NCBI GenBank assembly: GCA_964453645.1
Contig: CAYVRJ010000001.1
Span: 106,301-138,300 of the forward strand
From: an uncultured Clostridia bacterium
GTDB lineage: Bacteria; Bacillota; Clostridia; Christensenellales; JAWKQI01
Length of the DNA stretch: 32,000 nucleotides
Reading direction: 5' to 3'
The notes under the pieces are model-generated. The model saw nothing but the letters and a program-made list of their open reading frames with translations, had not been told where the DNA came from and searched no databases. A program made the translations under genes and the position numbers. Shown here in pieces: positions 1-8,634 of the stretch (position 1 is its first letter; each line of letters opens with the position of its first letter).

Positions 1-13
1 AAGCCAAAAGGGG

Positions 14-1282
14 ATGAAAATAGAAATGAATAGTAGGGAAAAAATCCAAAATGCACTGAATCACAAAGAGGGAACCGTACCTGTGGATATGGGCAGTCTG
101 CCCGTTACAGGCTTGCATGTGAGCCTTGTTTCTAAACTGCGGGATTACTTGGGGTTGGAGAAGAGAATCTCTAAAGTGTTGGAGCCGTATCAAATGCTGG
201 GGGTTGTTGAGGACGATCTTCGGGATGCACTGGGCATCGACACCCAGCCGCTGTGGGGCAGCGGAAGCCTCATCGGCAAGTGGGACACGGGAAACTGGGT
301 GGAATGGTTGGCCCCCTGGGGGGAGACCGTGCTGGTTTCGGACAAGTTTGTCACCAAGCAAGAGGGTGAAAGGATTTACACCTATGCAGACGGGGACACA
401 AACTATCCGCCGACAGCCGTGATGGCACTGCCCTCCTATTTCTTTGATGCGATCATCTATCAGGATGAAATCGACGACGACAACTTAAACCCCCAGGACA
501 ACTTGGCGGAATATTCGGAGATCGACAGCAGCGAACTGTTGAGATATAAACAAAAAATTGAAGAATTAAAGAAAAAGCCGTATAGCATTTCGGCAAACTT
601 TGGCGGAACAGCCTTTGGGGACATTGCAATGATTCCCGGCTCCATGTTAAAGGAAAAGAAGGGCATTCGGGATATCGAGGAGTGGTACGTTTCTTTGGCC
701 ATTCGTCAGGACTACATCCACAAAGTGTTTGAGGGGCAGTGTGAGATTGCGCTCAAAAATCTACAAAAAGTGTATGAAACAGTGGGGGACGACATTTCTG
801 TCGCCATGGTGTGTGGAACGGACTTTGGCACACAGCACTCCACCTTCTGCTCCCCCGATACGTTTAGAAGTTTGTACATGCCCTACTACAAGCAAATCAA
901 CGAATGGATTCACAAAAACACCAATTGGAAGACATTTAAACACTCCTGCGGTGCGGTGTTCCCCCTGGTGGAATGTATGATCGAAGCAGGGTTCGACATC
1001 ATCAACCCCGTGCAGTGGACAGCCAACGGCATGGAGGCGAAAAACTTAAAGGCAACCTTTGGCAAGGACATGACCTTCTGGGGAGGCGGAGTCGATACCC
1101 AATCCACACTGCCCTTTAAATCCCCCGAGGACGTGAGAAGAGAAGTGCTCACCATGCTGGAGGTGCTGGCAAAGGACGGGGGATATGTGTTTAACTCCAT
1201 CCACAACCTGTTGTCCAACTCCCCTGTGGAAAACATTGTGGCCATGTTCAGCGCTGTAAAAGAGTTTAATTCAATGAAATAA
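14..1282 (+). CDS. URO-D / MT2-methyltransferase-superfamily protein, function unknown
   Basis: 422-aa ORF with an aaagggg SD just upstream of ATG 14. The C-terminal half has a URO-D/MtaA-like pattern, FKHSCGAVFPLVECMIEAGFDIINPVQ (H-x-C at nt 941-949). No heme biosynthesis genes nearby. More operon genes may lie upstream of the window edge. Confidence 0.6.
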   Translation: MKIEMNSREKIQNALNHKEGTVPVDMGSLPVTGLHVSLVSKLRDYLGLEKRISKVLEPYQMLGVVEDDLRDALGIDTQPLWGSGSLIGKWDTGNWVEWLAPWGETVLVSDKFVTKQEGERIYTYADGDTNYPPTAVMALPSYFFDAIIYQDEIDDDNLNPQDNLAEYSEIDSSELLRYKQKIEELKKKPYSISANFGGTAFGDIAMIPGSMLKEKKGIRDIEEWYVSLAIRQDYIHKVFEGQCEIALKNLQKVYETVGDDISVAMVCGTDFGTQHSTFCSPDTFRSLYMPYYKQINEWIHKNTNWKTFKHSCGAVFPLVECMIEAGFDIINPVQWTANGMEAKNLKATFGKDMTFWGGGVDTQSTLPFKSPEDVRREVLTMLEVLAKDGGYVFNSIHNLLSNSPVENIVAMFSAVKEFNSMK

Positions 1283-1308
1283 TATTATTCTGAAAGGAAC
1301 CAAAAGAC

Positions 1309-2448
1309 ATGAAGAAAATGCGAGCAGGAATTATCGGAGTAGGATTTATTGGTGCAGTACACGTGGAACAGTTGCGCAGACTGGGTAACGTTGAGGTGGT
1401 TGCGATTACCGACTTCCCCAACGCCCAGGGTAAGGCAGATGCGTTGTGTGTGCCCAAGGGTTACGAAGACTACAAAGAGATGATAGATAAGGAAAATCTG
1501 GATTGCGTGCACATCTGCACCCCCAACAACACCCACTACGAGATGGCCATGTATGCCATGAACAAGGGTGTCCACGTGGTGTGCGAAAAACCCATGACCA
1601 CCACCCTGCAAGAAGCACAGGAGCTGGAAGCAACTCTGCGCAAAAACAAACTGGTGGGCGCAATCAACTTAAACTGCCGGTTCTACCCAATGGCTTATCA
1701 GATCAGAGAGATGATCAAGAGCGGAGAGCTGGGTGAGATCTATACCATCTCCGGGGGATATTTGCAGGATTGGCTGTTCCTAGACACCGACTACAACTGG
1801 CGGTTAGAGCCCGAACTCTCGGGTATTTCCCGTGCGTTTTCGGACATCGGCTCCCACTGGATCGATTTGGTGGAGTTTGTCAGCGGACTCAAGGCAGAAA
1901 AAGTGCTGGCAGACTTTGCAACCTTCCACAAGACCAGAAAGAAACCCACAAAACCCATCGAGACGTTTTCCAACATGTCCCTGCGCCCCGAGGATTTCGA
2001 GACGGTTGCCATCAACACCGAGGACTACTGCAACGTGCTCTTTAAGATGGAAGGGGAGACCCGTGCGTGCTGCAACATCAGCCAGGTGTGCGCTGGACGT
2101 AAGAACCAAATTTCCCTGTCCATTGCAGGTTCCAAGTGCTCGGTTCACTGGAACAGCGAAAACTCCAACGAACTGTGGATTGGCAGAAGAGATCGGGACA
2201 ACGGCTTGTTGGCAAAAGACCCATCTATTTTAAACGATGCAACTCGCAAGGTGATTTCCTATCCCGGCGGACACGTGGAAGGATTCCCCGATACATTCAA
2301 ACAAAACTTCAAGAGCATCTACAGCGCCATTGCAAACAACCAGACCACAGGCGGAGATTTTGCAAACTTCGAAGACGGCGTGAGAGAAATGCTGCTCTGT
2401 GAAAAAGTTGTGCAGAGTGCAGCGGAGGAACGCTGGATCACCATTTAG
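1309..2448 (+). CDS. Gfo/Idh/MocA family NAD(P)-dependent oxidoreductase
   Basis: N-terminal Rossmann motif MRAGIIGVGFIGAVHVEQL. The EKP motif (VVCEKPMT) is typical of this family. 379 aa. Starts 26 nt after the preceding gene. Confidence 0.9.
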   Translation: MKKMRAGIIGVGFIGAVHVEQLRRLGNVEVVAITDFPNAQGKADALCVPKGYEDYKEMIDKENLDCVHICTPNNTHYEMAMYAMNKGVHVVCEKPMTTTLQEAQELEATLRKNKLVGAINLNCRFYPMAYQIREMIKSGELGEIYTISGGYLQDWLFLDTDYNWRLEPELSGISRAFSDIGSHWIDLVEFVSGLKAEKVLADFATFHKTRKKPTKPIETFSNMSLRPEDFETVAINTEDYCNVLFKMEGETRACCNISQVCAGRKNQISLSIAGSKCSVHWNSENSNELWIGRRDRDNGLLAKDPSILNDATRKVISYPGGHVEGFPDTFKQNFKSIYSAIANNQTTGGDFANFEDGVREMLLCEKVVQSAAEERWITI

Positions 2449-2460
2449 TGAGGTTTACAC

Positions 2461-3309
2461 ATGAAAATTGGAACACTGGCAGATTGGTTTGGCGTTGGTG
2501 TCATTGAGGGCATCCGTTTGTCGGAGCGGTGCGGCGCACAGGGCGTGCAGATTTATGCTTGGAACGAGCTGGATCCCCGCACTGTAACAAAAGAGATCAT
2601 AGACACAGTCAAAAAGACCGTGAGAGAATGCAACCAGGAGGTCACCGCCCTTTGCGGTGAGCTTCATGGTCACGGCTTTGAAATTGAGGCCGAAAATGCA
2701 ACCAAGATCGAGTATTTAAAAAAGACAATCGATTTGGCGCTGGATTTTCATTGCACCATCGTCACCACCCACATCGGGCGGATTCCGAAAGATACGGCTT
2801 CTTCTCGGTATCAGGTAATGCTGGATGCTTGTTTAGAAGTGGGTGAATATGCAAAGAAGATGGGTGCCCGCGTTGCTGTTGAAACCGGGCCCGAACCGGT
2901 TGAACGATTGGTGGCCTTTTGCAAACAGTGCCCCGGCATCGCCATTAACTACGACCCAGCGAATTTGGTGATGGTCACGAAAGACGATGAAGTGAAGGGT
3001 GTTGCAACTGCCAAGGACTTTATTGTGCACACCCACGCCAAAGACGGCATTATGAAACAGTATTTGGGCACCGAAGAAGTATACGAAGCCTTTGCCAACG
3101 GCGGGGTGGAGGAGATTACCAAGATGTCGGACTATTTCCAAGAAATGCCCTTGGGGGGCGGACAAGTTCGCTTTAAAGAATACCTCATGGCGTTAAAGGA
3201 GATCGGCTACAACGGTTTTCTCACCATCGAGCGGGAAGTGAAGGAAAACGCTGCCAAGGATATTGAAATGGCGGTAGGGTTTTTAAAGAACTTACTCAAA
3301 GAGATTTAG
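2461..3309 (+). CDS. Sugar phosphate isomerase/epimerase (xylose isomerase-like TIM barrel)
   Basis: 282 aa. Pattern of conserved His/Asp/Glu strands (TTHIG, VAVETGPE, HTHAKDG, LTIERE) typical of the AP-endonuclease-2/xylose-isomerase-like fold. SD gaggt upstream of ATG 2461. Confidence 0.8.
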   Translation: MKIGTLADWFGVGVIEGIRLSERCGAQGVQIYAWNELDPRTVTKEIIDTVKKTVRECNQEVTALCGELHGHGFEIEAENATKIEYLKKTIDLALDFHCTIVTTHIGRIPKDTASSRYQVMLDACLEVGEYAKKMGARVAVETGPEPVERLVAFCKQCPGIAINYDPANLVMVTKDDEVKGVATAKDFIVHTHAKDGIMKQYLGTEEVYEAFANGGVEEITKMSDYFQEMPLGGGQVRFKEYLMALKEIGYNGFLTIEREVKENAAKDIEMAVGFLKNLLKEI

Positions 3310-3323
3310 GAAGAACAGGTTGG

Positions 3324-3340
3324 CGTGAAAGAGTTTCACG
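3324..3340 (+). other. Intercistronic perfect hairpin (7-bp stem CGTGAAA/TTTCACG, loop GAG), no T-tract
   Basis: Read directly from the sequence, in the 52-nt gap between the two TIM-barrel genes. It is followed by gctaatgg rather than a U-run, so it is not an intrinsic terminator. Confidence 0.5.
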
Positions 3341-3361
3341 GCTAATGGAAGGGAGTTTTTT

Positions 3362-4276
3362 ATGATGAAATTAGGACTTGTTTCGGCAATACTGCCCGAC
3401 AACACCTTTGAAGAGGTCATAGATTTTGCTGCAAAGGTTGGATTTTCTTGCGTTGAAGTTTGCTGCTGGCCAAAAGGTAAGGCGGCGAGACGGTATGCGG
3501 GTATCACCCACATCGACTTGAGTGATCTGGATCAGGCTAAGATGGACTATTATTTAAACTATGCCAAGGAACGGGGAGTGGAGATCAGCTCTCTTGGGTA
3601 CTACCCCAACCCCCTAGACCCGGATACCGAGGCCAGAAGTACGGCCATTGATCACATTATGGCCCTCATCGATGCTTCGGCGCAAATGGGCATCAACATG
3701 ATCACCACCTTTATTGGCAAAGATAAAAACAAGACGGTGGATGAAAATTTAGAGCTGTACAAAGAGATTTGGACGCCCATCGTAAAATACGCTGAATCAA
3801 AGAAGGTGCGCATCGGCATTGAAAACTGCCCCATGCTCTACACAGTCAACGAGTGGCCGGGTGGGGTGAACCTTGCCAGCACACCCTATGTTTGGAAGAA
3901 GATGTTTGAGCTGATTCCAAGCGACTATCTGGGCTTAAACTACGATCCCTCCCACCCCTATTTGATTCAGATGGATTATATTCAGCCCGTCTACGACTTT
4001 AAGGATAAGATATTCCACGTCCACTTTAAGGACATTAAGATTTTTAAGGACAAACTCAACGAGTACGGCATCTATGCATATCCCACCCTGTGGCACTCTC
4101 CCAAATTACCCGGCATGGGGGGCGTGGACTTTGGTGCGTTCTGCTCGGCGCTCAACGACATCCGCTACAGCGGCCCCGCCTGCATCGAGGTGGAGGACAG
4201 AGCGTTTGAGGGTTGTTTAGACGACGTCAAGCGGGGTATCGAACAGAGCTACCGCTTCATGAAACAATACGTATGA
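3362..4276 (+). CDS. Sugar phosphate isomerase/epimerase (xylose isomerase-like TIM barrel), second paralog
   Basis: 304 aa. SD gaagggag upstream. Motifs IGIENCP, NYDPSH, HVHFKD and CIEVED fit the same TIM-barrel family (IolE/IolI-like architecture). Confidence 0.8.
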   Translation: MMKLGLVSAILPDNTFEEVIDFAAKVGFSCVEVCCWPKGKAARRYAGITHIDLSDLDQAKMDYYLNYAKERGVEISSLGYYPNPLDPDTEARSTAIDHIMALIDASAQMGINMITTFIGKDKNKTVDENLELYKEIWTPIVKYAESKKVRIGIENCPMLYTVNEWPGGVNLASTPYVWKKMFELIPSDYLGLNYDPSHPYLIQMDYIQPVYDFKDKIFHVHFKDIKIFKDKLNEYGIYAYPTLWHSPKLPGMGGVDFGAFCSALNDIRYSGPACIEVEDRAFEGCLDDVKRGIEQSYRFMKQYV

Positions 4277-5085
4277 TCGAAGTAAAAAACCTCACAAAAA
4301 CCTACGGCGTTCAGCGGGGTATAGAAAATATAAACTTTTTCATGGGCAAAGGTGAGGTAGTGGGCTTGCTGGGACTAAACGGTGCCGGCAAGTCTACGAC
4401 CATGAATATACTCTCGGGGTGTATGGGGGCATCGTCGGGTCATGTAACCATCGACGGCATCGATCTGTTTGCAGAGCCCGCAAAAGCCAAGGTTAAAATT
4501 GGCTACCTCCCCGAGATACCCCCCCTGTATCTGGATATGCGGGTGTGTGAATATTTAAACTTTGTGTTTGAACTCAAAGGTGTTAAAAAACACTCCTTTG
4601 ACAGCATTTGCACACAGGTGGGGATAGACGGCATAAAAAAACGGCTGATAAAAAACCTGTCCAAAGGGTATCGCCAGCGGGTGGGGTTGGCAGCAGCTCT
4701 GGTGGGCGATCCGGAGATTCTCATTTTAGACGAACCCACCGTGGGGCTGGACCCAACCCAAATCATAGAGATTCGTAATTTAATCTTAAGCTTGGGTAAG
4801 AACAGGACAGTCATCCTCTCCTCCCATATTTTAAGTGAAATTGAAGCTGTGTGCAGCAGAGTTTTTGTAATTCATCAGGGTAAACTCATCACAGACGATA
4901 CCCCGGAAAATCTTGTGCAAAAGCTCAACCCAAAAAACGTATGCCTTGCGCAGATCGAAGGAAAGTTGGAGGACGTGCAAAAGGCACTGCTCGATGCGGG
5001 TATATCCGTTCAGTCCCTTCGCCCTGCAAACATTTCCTTTGAAGAGGCATTTTTAAATGTAGTTGGAAAGGGGGAAAGGCTGTGA
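4273..5085 (+). CDS. ABC transporter ATP-binding protein (ABC-2/GldA-like)
   Basis: Walker A GLNGAGKST, signature LSKGYRQR, Walker B ILILDEP. ATG 4273 overlaps the upstream stop as ATGA. The ORF-track start at 4213 is an upstream in-frame extension. Confidence 0.92.
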   Translation: MIEVKNLTKTYGVQRGIENINFFMGKGEVVGLLGLNGAGKSTTMNILSGCMGASSGHVTIDGIDLFAEPAKAKVKIGYLPEIPPLYLDMRVCEYLNFVFELKGVKKHSFDSICTQVGIDGIKKRLIKNLSKGYRQRVGLAAALVGDPEILILDEPTVGLDPTQIIEIRNLILSLGKNRTVILSSHILSEIEAVCSRVFVIHQGKLITDDTPENLVQKLNPKNVCLAQIEGKLEDVQKALLDAGISVQSLRPANISFEEAFLNVVGKGERL

Positions 5086-5786
5086 TTGCTGTTTTTAAGC
5101 GTGAATTTATGGCATATTTTCGTTCGCCGCTGGGTTATGTGTTTATTGCGGCGTACTATTTGCTGTCCGGATTTTTCTTCTTTAACTACAACCTATACGG
5201 CAACTCCACCGATATGCGCTCCCTGTTTTCGGTGTTGTTCACCGTGACATTGTTTTTAATACCCATCCTCACCATGAGGCTTTTTTCAGAAGATAAGCGG
5301 CAAAAGACCGATCAAATATTACTCATGTCTCCCGTTTCATCCACAGGTATTGTCCTTGGGAAATATTTGTCCGCCATTTGCGTCTACTTTATTGCCATGG
5401 CTGTGACACTCATCATGGCCGTAGTGCTTTCCATCGTCTCGCGCCCCGAGTGGCCGGTGATTATCGGGCACTTTATCGGGTTGTTTTTGCTGGGTTGTGG
5501 ACTCATTGCCATTGGCATGTTTATATCCTCTCTCACCGAAAACCAAATCATTGCGGCAGTGGGTGGGTTTGTGACAGGGTTTTTCCTCATGCTCTTAAAC
5601 TCCTTAGCAGCTATGATCGACACAAAATTGCTCTCCGATTTCGTATTAAGCCTTTCCTTTCAGCAGCGGTATCAATCGTTTACACTGGGAATCTTAAACG
5701 CCTCGGACATTTTCTTTTTTATCAGCGTGGTTGCGATCTTTGTGTTTTTCACAGTCTTTCGGTTTTATAAGCGCAGGATAGAGTAG
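5082..5786 (+). CDS. ABC-2 type transporter permease (GldF-like)
   Basis: 234 aa with about 6 predicted hydrophobic helices. GTG start overlaps the ATPase stop (GTGA). SD aaggggga upstream. Confidence 0.8.
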   Translation: MIAVFKREFMAYFRSPLGYVFIAAYYLLSGFFFFNYNLYGNSTDMRSLFSVLFTVTLFLIPILTMRLFSEDKRQKTDQILLMSPVSSTGIVLGKYLSAICVYFIAMAVTLIMAVVLSIVSRPEWPVIIGHFIGLFLLGCGLIAIGMFISSLTENQIIAAVGGFVTGFFLMLLNSLAAMIDTKLLSDFVLSLSFQQRYQSFTLGILNASDIFFFISVVAIFVFFTVFRFYKRRIE

Positions 5787-5794
5787 AGGTGTAC

Positions 5795-7222
5795 ATGAAG
5801 AGTAAAAAAAGTTTCCATATAGTACTGGTGATTTTGGTGGTAGCGTGTGTGTTTGTATTAAACATCGCAGTGGGGGTGTTTACCCAGCGCTACAAATTGG
5901 AGGCAGATCTCACCAGCGCACAAATATACAGCATATCCGACAAAACGGCACAAGCCCTCACTTCCTTAAAAAAGCAAGTGGACATCAACATGTTAGCTAA
6001 GGAAGAGACGTTTGTCTCCACCTCTGCGTATAACGCACAGGCCAATGAAATATTAAAACAATTTGATGGCGTTTCACAAAAGGTGACACTGCATTATATT
6101 GATTATGTAAAAAACCCTGGATTTGCAGCCAATTATCCCGATGTATCCATGAAACACGGGGATATCTTGGTGGTGTCGGGGGACAACCATTCCCTTGTGA
6201 AAACCGAAGATTTATTCAATTACGCCACGGGGCAGGGGGGGCTGGCGATTGCTTCCTCTAAGGCCGAAGAGGCCGTGCTCAGTGCGGTGCTCAGCGCCAC
6301 CAGCGACAAAAAGCCCTTGGTGTCCGTGGTCACAGGCCATGGGGAATACACCATGCAAAGCTTTGAGGAGCTGCTCAAGCGAAACAACTACGAGTTGACA
6401 TACGAAAACTTATTGGTGGGGGGCATTAGCAGCGAAGCAGCTTTTGTTGTGCTCATCGCACCCAAAACCGACCTCTCCCCCGAGGAGCTGAAGAAACTGG
6501 ACAGCTTCCTTGAAAACGGTGGGTTATACGGCAAGACCTTGTATTACTTTGCAGATATTTCCCAGCCAACGCTGCCGAATATCGAAACGTTTTTGGCAGA
6601 GTGGGGGCTGCGCATTCACTTAGGTTCAGTGTTTGAGACGGATGAAACGAAGGTATATAACTATCAGCCATTTTATGCAGTGGCCGAGTATGTGGACTAT
6701 ACCTACGCCGATATGTTGCTTACTCAAAACAAACCCTTGCTCATGCCGCTGTGCCGCCCCATTTCTGCCCTGTTTACCAGCAAGGTGGACTACACCACCA
6801 AGGTGTTGACCCAGTTTTCTAAAACCAGTGGCATTCGCCCCGACGATGCGGACGAAAACTTTACTGCCGAAATGGCAACGCAGCGGGGCCCGTTTAGTGC
6901 ATGGATGATATCCACCCACTCGGTGCGGTCGGGAGAAGAGATTAAAAAATCCAACGTGGTGTTGTCCGGTTCCACGGCAATGCTGGACACCTATGCCATG
7001 GACAACGCTTCCTTTGCAAACGCCCAGTACTTGATCAATTTGTTTAACGATCTGGCGGGCAGAGAGGATGTCATACAAGTAACCCCCAAGACGATCACGG
7101 GTAACAGCTTAAATTTAACCCAGAGCACTGTGGATATCATTGGTTCCGTCTTTGTGTTCGTATTACCCCCTGCCCTCCTAGTTCTGGGGCTGATCGTTTG
7201 GCTGAGGAGGAGACACACATAA
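5795..7222 (+). CDS. GldG-like ABC transporter auxiliary protein (ABC_transp_aux family)
   Basis: N-terminal TM helix (IVLVILVVACVFVLNIAV), a large extracytoplasmic domain, and a C-terminal TM helix followed by a basic tail (LVLGLIVWLRRRHT). This is the GldG architecture. Start is ATG 5795, with GTG 5789 as the alternative. Confidence 0.7.
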   Translation: MKSKKSFHIVLVILVVACVFVLNIAVGVFTQRYKLEADLTSAQIYSISDKTAQALTSLKKQVDINMLAKEETFVSTSAYNAQANEILKQFDGVSQKVTLHYIDYVKNPGFAANYPDVSMKHGDILVVSGDNHSLVKTEDLFNYATGQGGLAIASSKAEEAVLSAVLSATSDKKPLVSVVTGHGEYTMQSFEELLKRNNYELTYENLLVGGISSEAAFVVLIAPKTDLSPEELKKLDSFLENGGLYGKTLYYFADISQPTLPNIETFLAEWGLRIHLGSVFETDETKVYNYQPFYAVAEYVDYTYADMLLTQNKPLLMPLCRPISALFTSKVDYTTKVLTQFSKTSGIRPDDADENFTAEMATQRGPFSAWMISTHSVRSGEEIKKSNVVLSGSTAMLDTYAMDNASFANAQYLINLFNDLAGREDVIQVTPKTITGNSLNLTQSTVDIIGSVFVFVLPPALLVLGLIVWLRRRHT

Positions 7223-7224
7223 AC

Positions 7225-8634
7225 ATGAGCAAACAGGCAAAGACAATTTTTATACTGGGTGTGGTGCTGTTCGTGGCAGCCGTTGTCACCGTCATCGCAC
7301 TGACAATACCCGAAGTGAATGAACAAACCCAAGACCAACCTGTGCTGCTGGTGAATAAAACCATCAACGATGTGGCACGGGTGAATGTAACCAACAAGCT
7401 GTGCACCTATTCCGCCTGGCGGGAGGGCAACGGTTATACATTAGAGGACATTCCCCCCGAGAGCCTCAACATTGAATATTTAGGTATGCTGCTGGACGAG
7501 AGCAGCAAGATTGAATATGTGCGCGAAGTGGGCAGGGGAAACTTTGCCGACTACGGGTTAAACGACCCCGAGGCCACGGTGGACATTCAGTACACCGATG
7601 GGCAGGAAATGACACTGCTCTTAGGAGACCGGGAACAGTTGTCCGACGGACGGTATTTTGCGGTGAAAGGGGGAGAGGACGTCTATCTCATGGACAACAG
7701 CCGCTCCATTCGCTTCACCATGGACATTAAGAAATATATCGACTACGTGATTATTCCCCCAAGGGTGGAACCGTCGGTGATGGGTGCAATTTTAGATATT
7801 TCCTTTGAGGGTAAGGAATTTGAAAAACCCATCCGCATTCGTTCCATTGCCGGGGGCGACCCGGAGGTTGTGTCTCGTGCAGCCAGCTTTGGGGTTACCA
7901 CCCACATCATGGAAAGTCCCAACCTTCACGGGGTGGACTTAACCCAGGCAAACCAAATCTTTGGTTCCCTCACGGGTATGATCACCGATGGTGTCCTCGC
8001 ATACAATTGCAGCCAAGAGGAGCTTGCAAAGTATGGGTTAAACGACCCACGGCTCACCGTGCGCTACACCTACAAAAACGGCAAGGATGCAACCCCCGAG
8101 GAATTTCTCCTCAAAGTAGCAGACTATCAGGGCACCGAAGTGATGACCAAAAACGACGAGGGTATCGTCTATACAATATCCGAAGCACCCTTTACCAGCG
8201 CCAGTTATGAAAAATTAGTGGCAAAGCGGTTTTTAATGCCCATCATATTGGACGTTTCGGGAGTGGAAATTAAAACCCCCAATGAAACCTATCAATTTGA
8301 ACTGTTGGGTGAGCAGAGTAAGGATCTATCCGTTTTATTAAGTGGCAAACCGGTGGACACAGCACTGTTTCGCACGTTTTATAACTTGTTGGTATCCATT
8401 GACCACGACGGACGTTTGGTTCAAAATACAAAGACCAGTGGGGAACCCATCCTCACCATCACATATCGGTATAGAGATAAAACAAAGGGGGATGATACCA
8501 TGGAGTTTTACCCCGGCAGCTTGCGGCGCACCCTCGTTTCGGTGAACGGGGTGAGTGAGTTTGAAACCAACGAAAAGTTTCAAACAGAGATTTTAACAGA
8601 ATTAAACAAACTAATAAAGGAGACACAGCAATGA
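7225..8634 (+). CDS. DUF4340 domain-containing membrane-anchored protein
   Basis: N-terminal TM helix (IFILGVVLFVAAVVTVIALTI) and repeated YGL(N/D)DP segments (ADYGLNDPEATV, AKYGLNDPRLTV) typical of DUF4340, which usually follows GldG-like genes. ATG 7225 lies 3 nt after the upstream stop. TTG 7198 is possible. Confidence 0.65.
   Translation: MSKQAKTIFILGVVLFVAAVVTVIALTIPEVNEQTQDQPVLLVNKTINDVARVNVTNKLCTYSAWREGNGYTLEDIPPESLNIEYLGMLLDESSKIEYVREVGRGNFADYGLNDPEATVDIQYTDGQEMTLLLGDREQLSDGRYFAVKGGEDVYLMDNSRSIRFTMDIKKYIDYVIIPPRVEPSVMGAILDISFEGKEFEKPIRIRSIAGGDPEVVSRAASFGVTTHIMESPNLHGVDLTQANQIFGSLTGMITDGVLAYNCSQEELAKYGLNDPRLTVRYTYKNGKDATPEEFLLKVADYQGTEVMTKNDEGIVYTISEAPFTSASYEKLVAKRFLMPIILDVSGVEIKTPNETYQFELLGEQSKDLSVLLSGKPVDTALFRTFYNLLVSIDHDGRLVQNTKTSGEPILTITYRYRDKTKGDDTMEFYPGSLRRTLVSVNGVSEFETNEKFQTEILTELNKLIKETQQ

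Noticed and set aside
14-1282. Calling the first gene hemE (true uroporphyrinogen decarboxylase) or an O-demethylase MT2 component
   Set aside because: There is no heme-pathway or corrinoid-protein context in the window. The third zinc ligand expected for MT2 enzymes is not evident. Only the superfamily assignment is justified.
4213-4272. N-terminal extensions offered by the ORF track at 4213 (ABC ATPase), and similarly at 7198 (DUF4340), 15707 (colD) and 28541 (maf)
   Set aside because: Each extension overlaps the preceding gene and adds non-conserved residues ahead of a canonical family N-terminus. The internal starts form ATGA overlaps or sit 3-4 nt after the upstream stop.
1309-4276. Direct assignment as a C-glycoside deglycosidase system (DgpA/DgpB/DgpC) or as iolG/iolE/iolI
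   Set aside because: The enzyme families fit both. However, the small C-deglycosidase subunit and IolB/IolD are missing, and I cannot measure sequence identity without a search. I kept this as a hypothesis inside the operon finding rather than an annotation.
6626-7078. Long antisense or off-frame ORFs, for example 6626-7078(-), 21444-21866(-), 28414-28929(+), 31100-31717(-), 10717-11025(+), 910-1245(-)
   Set aside because: All lie fully inside strongly supported genes on the other strand or frame. They have low-complexity Arg/His/Gly-rich translations and no SD, and no recognisable motifs. They are shadow ORFs typical of ~50% GC coding DNA.
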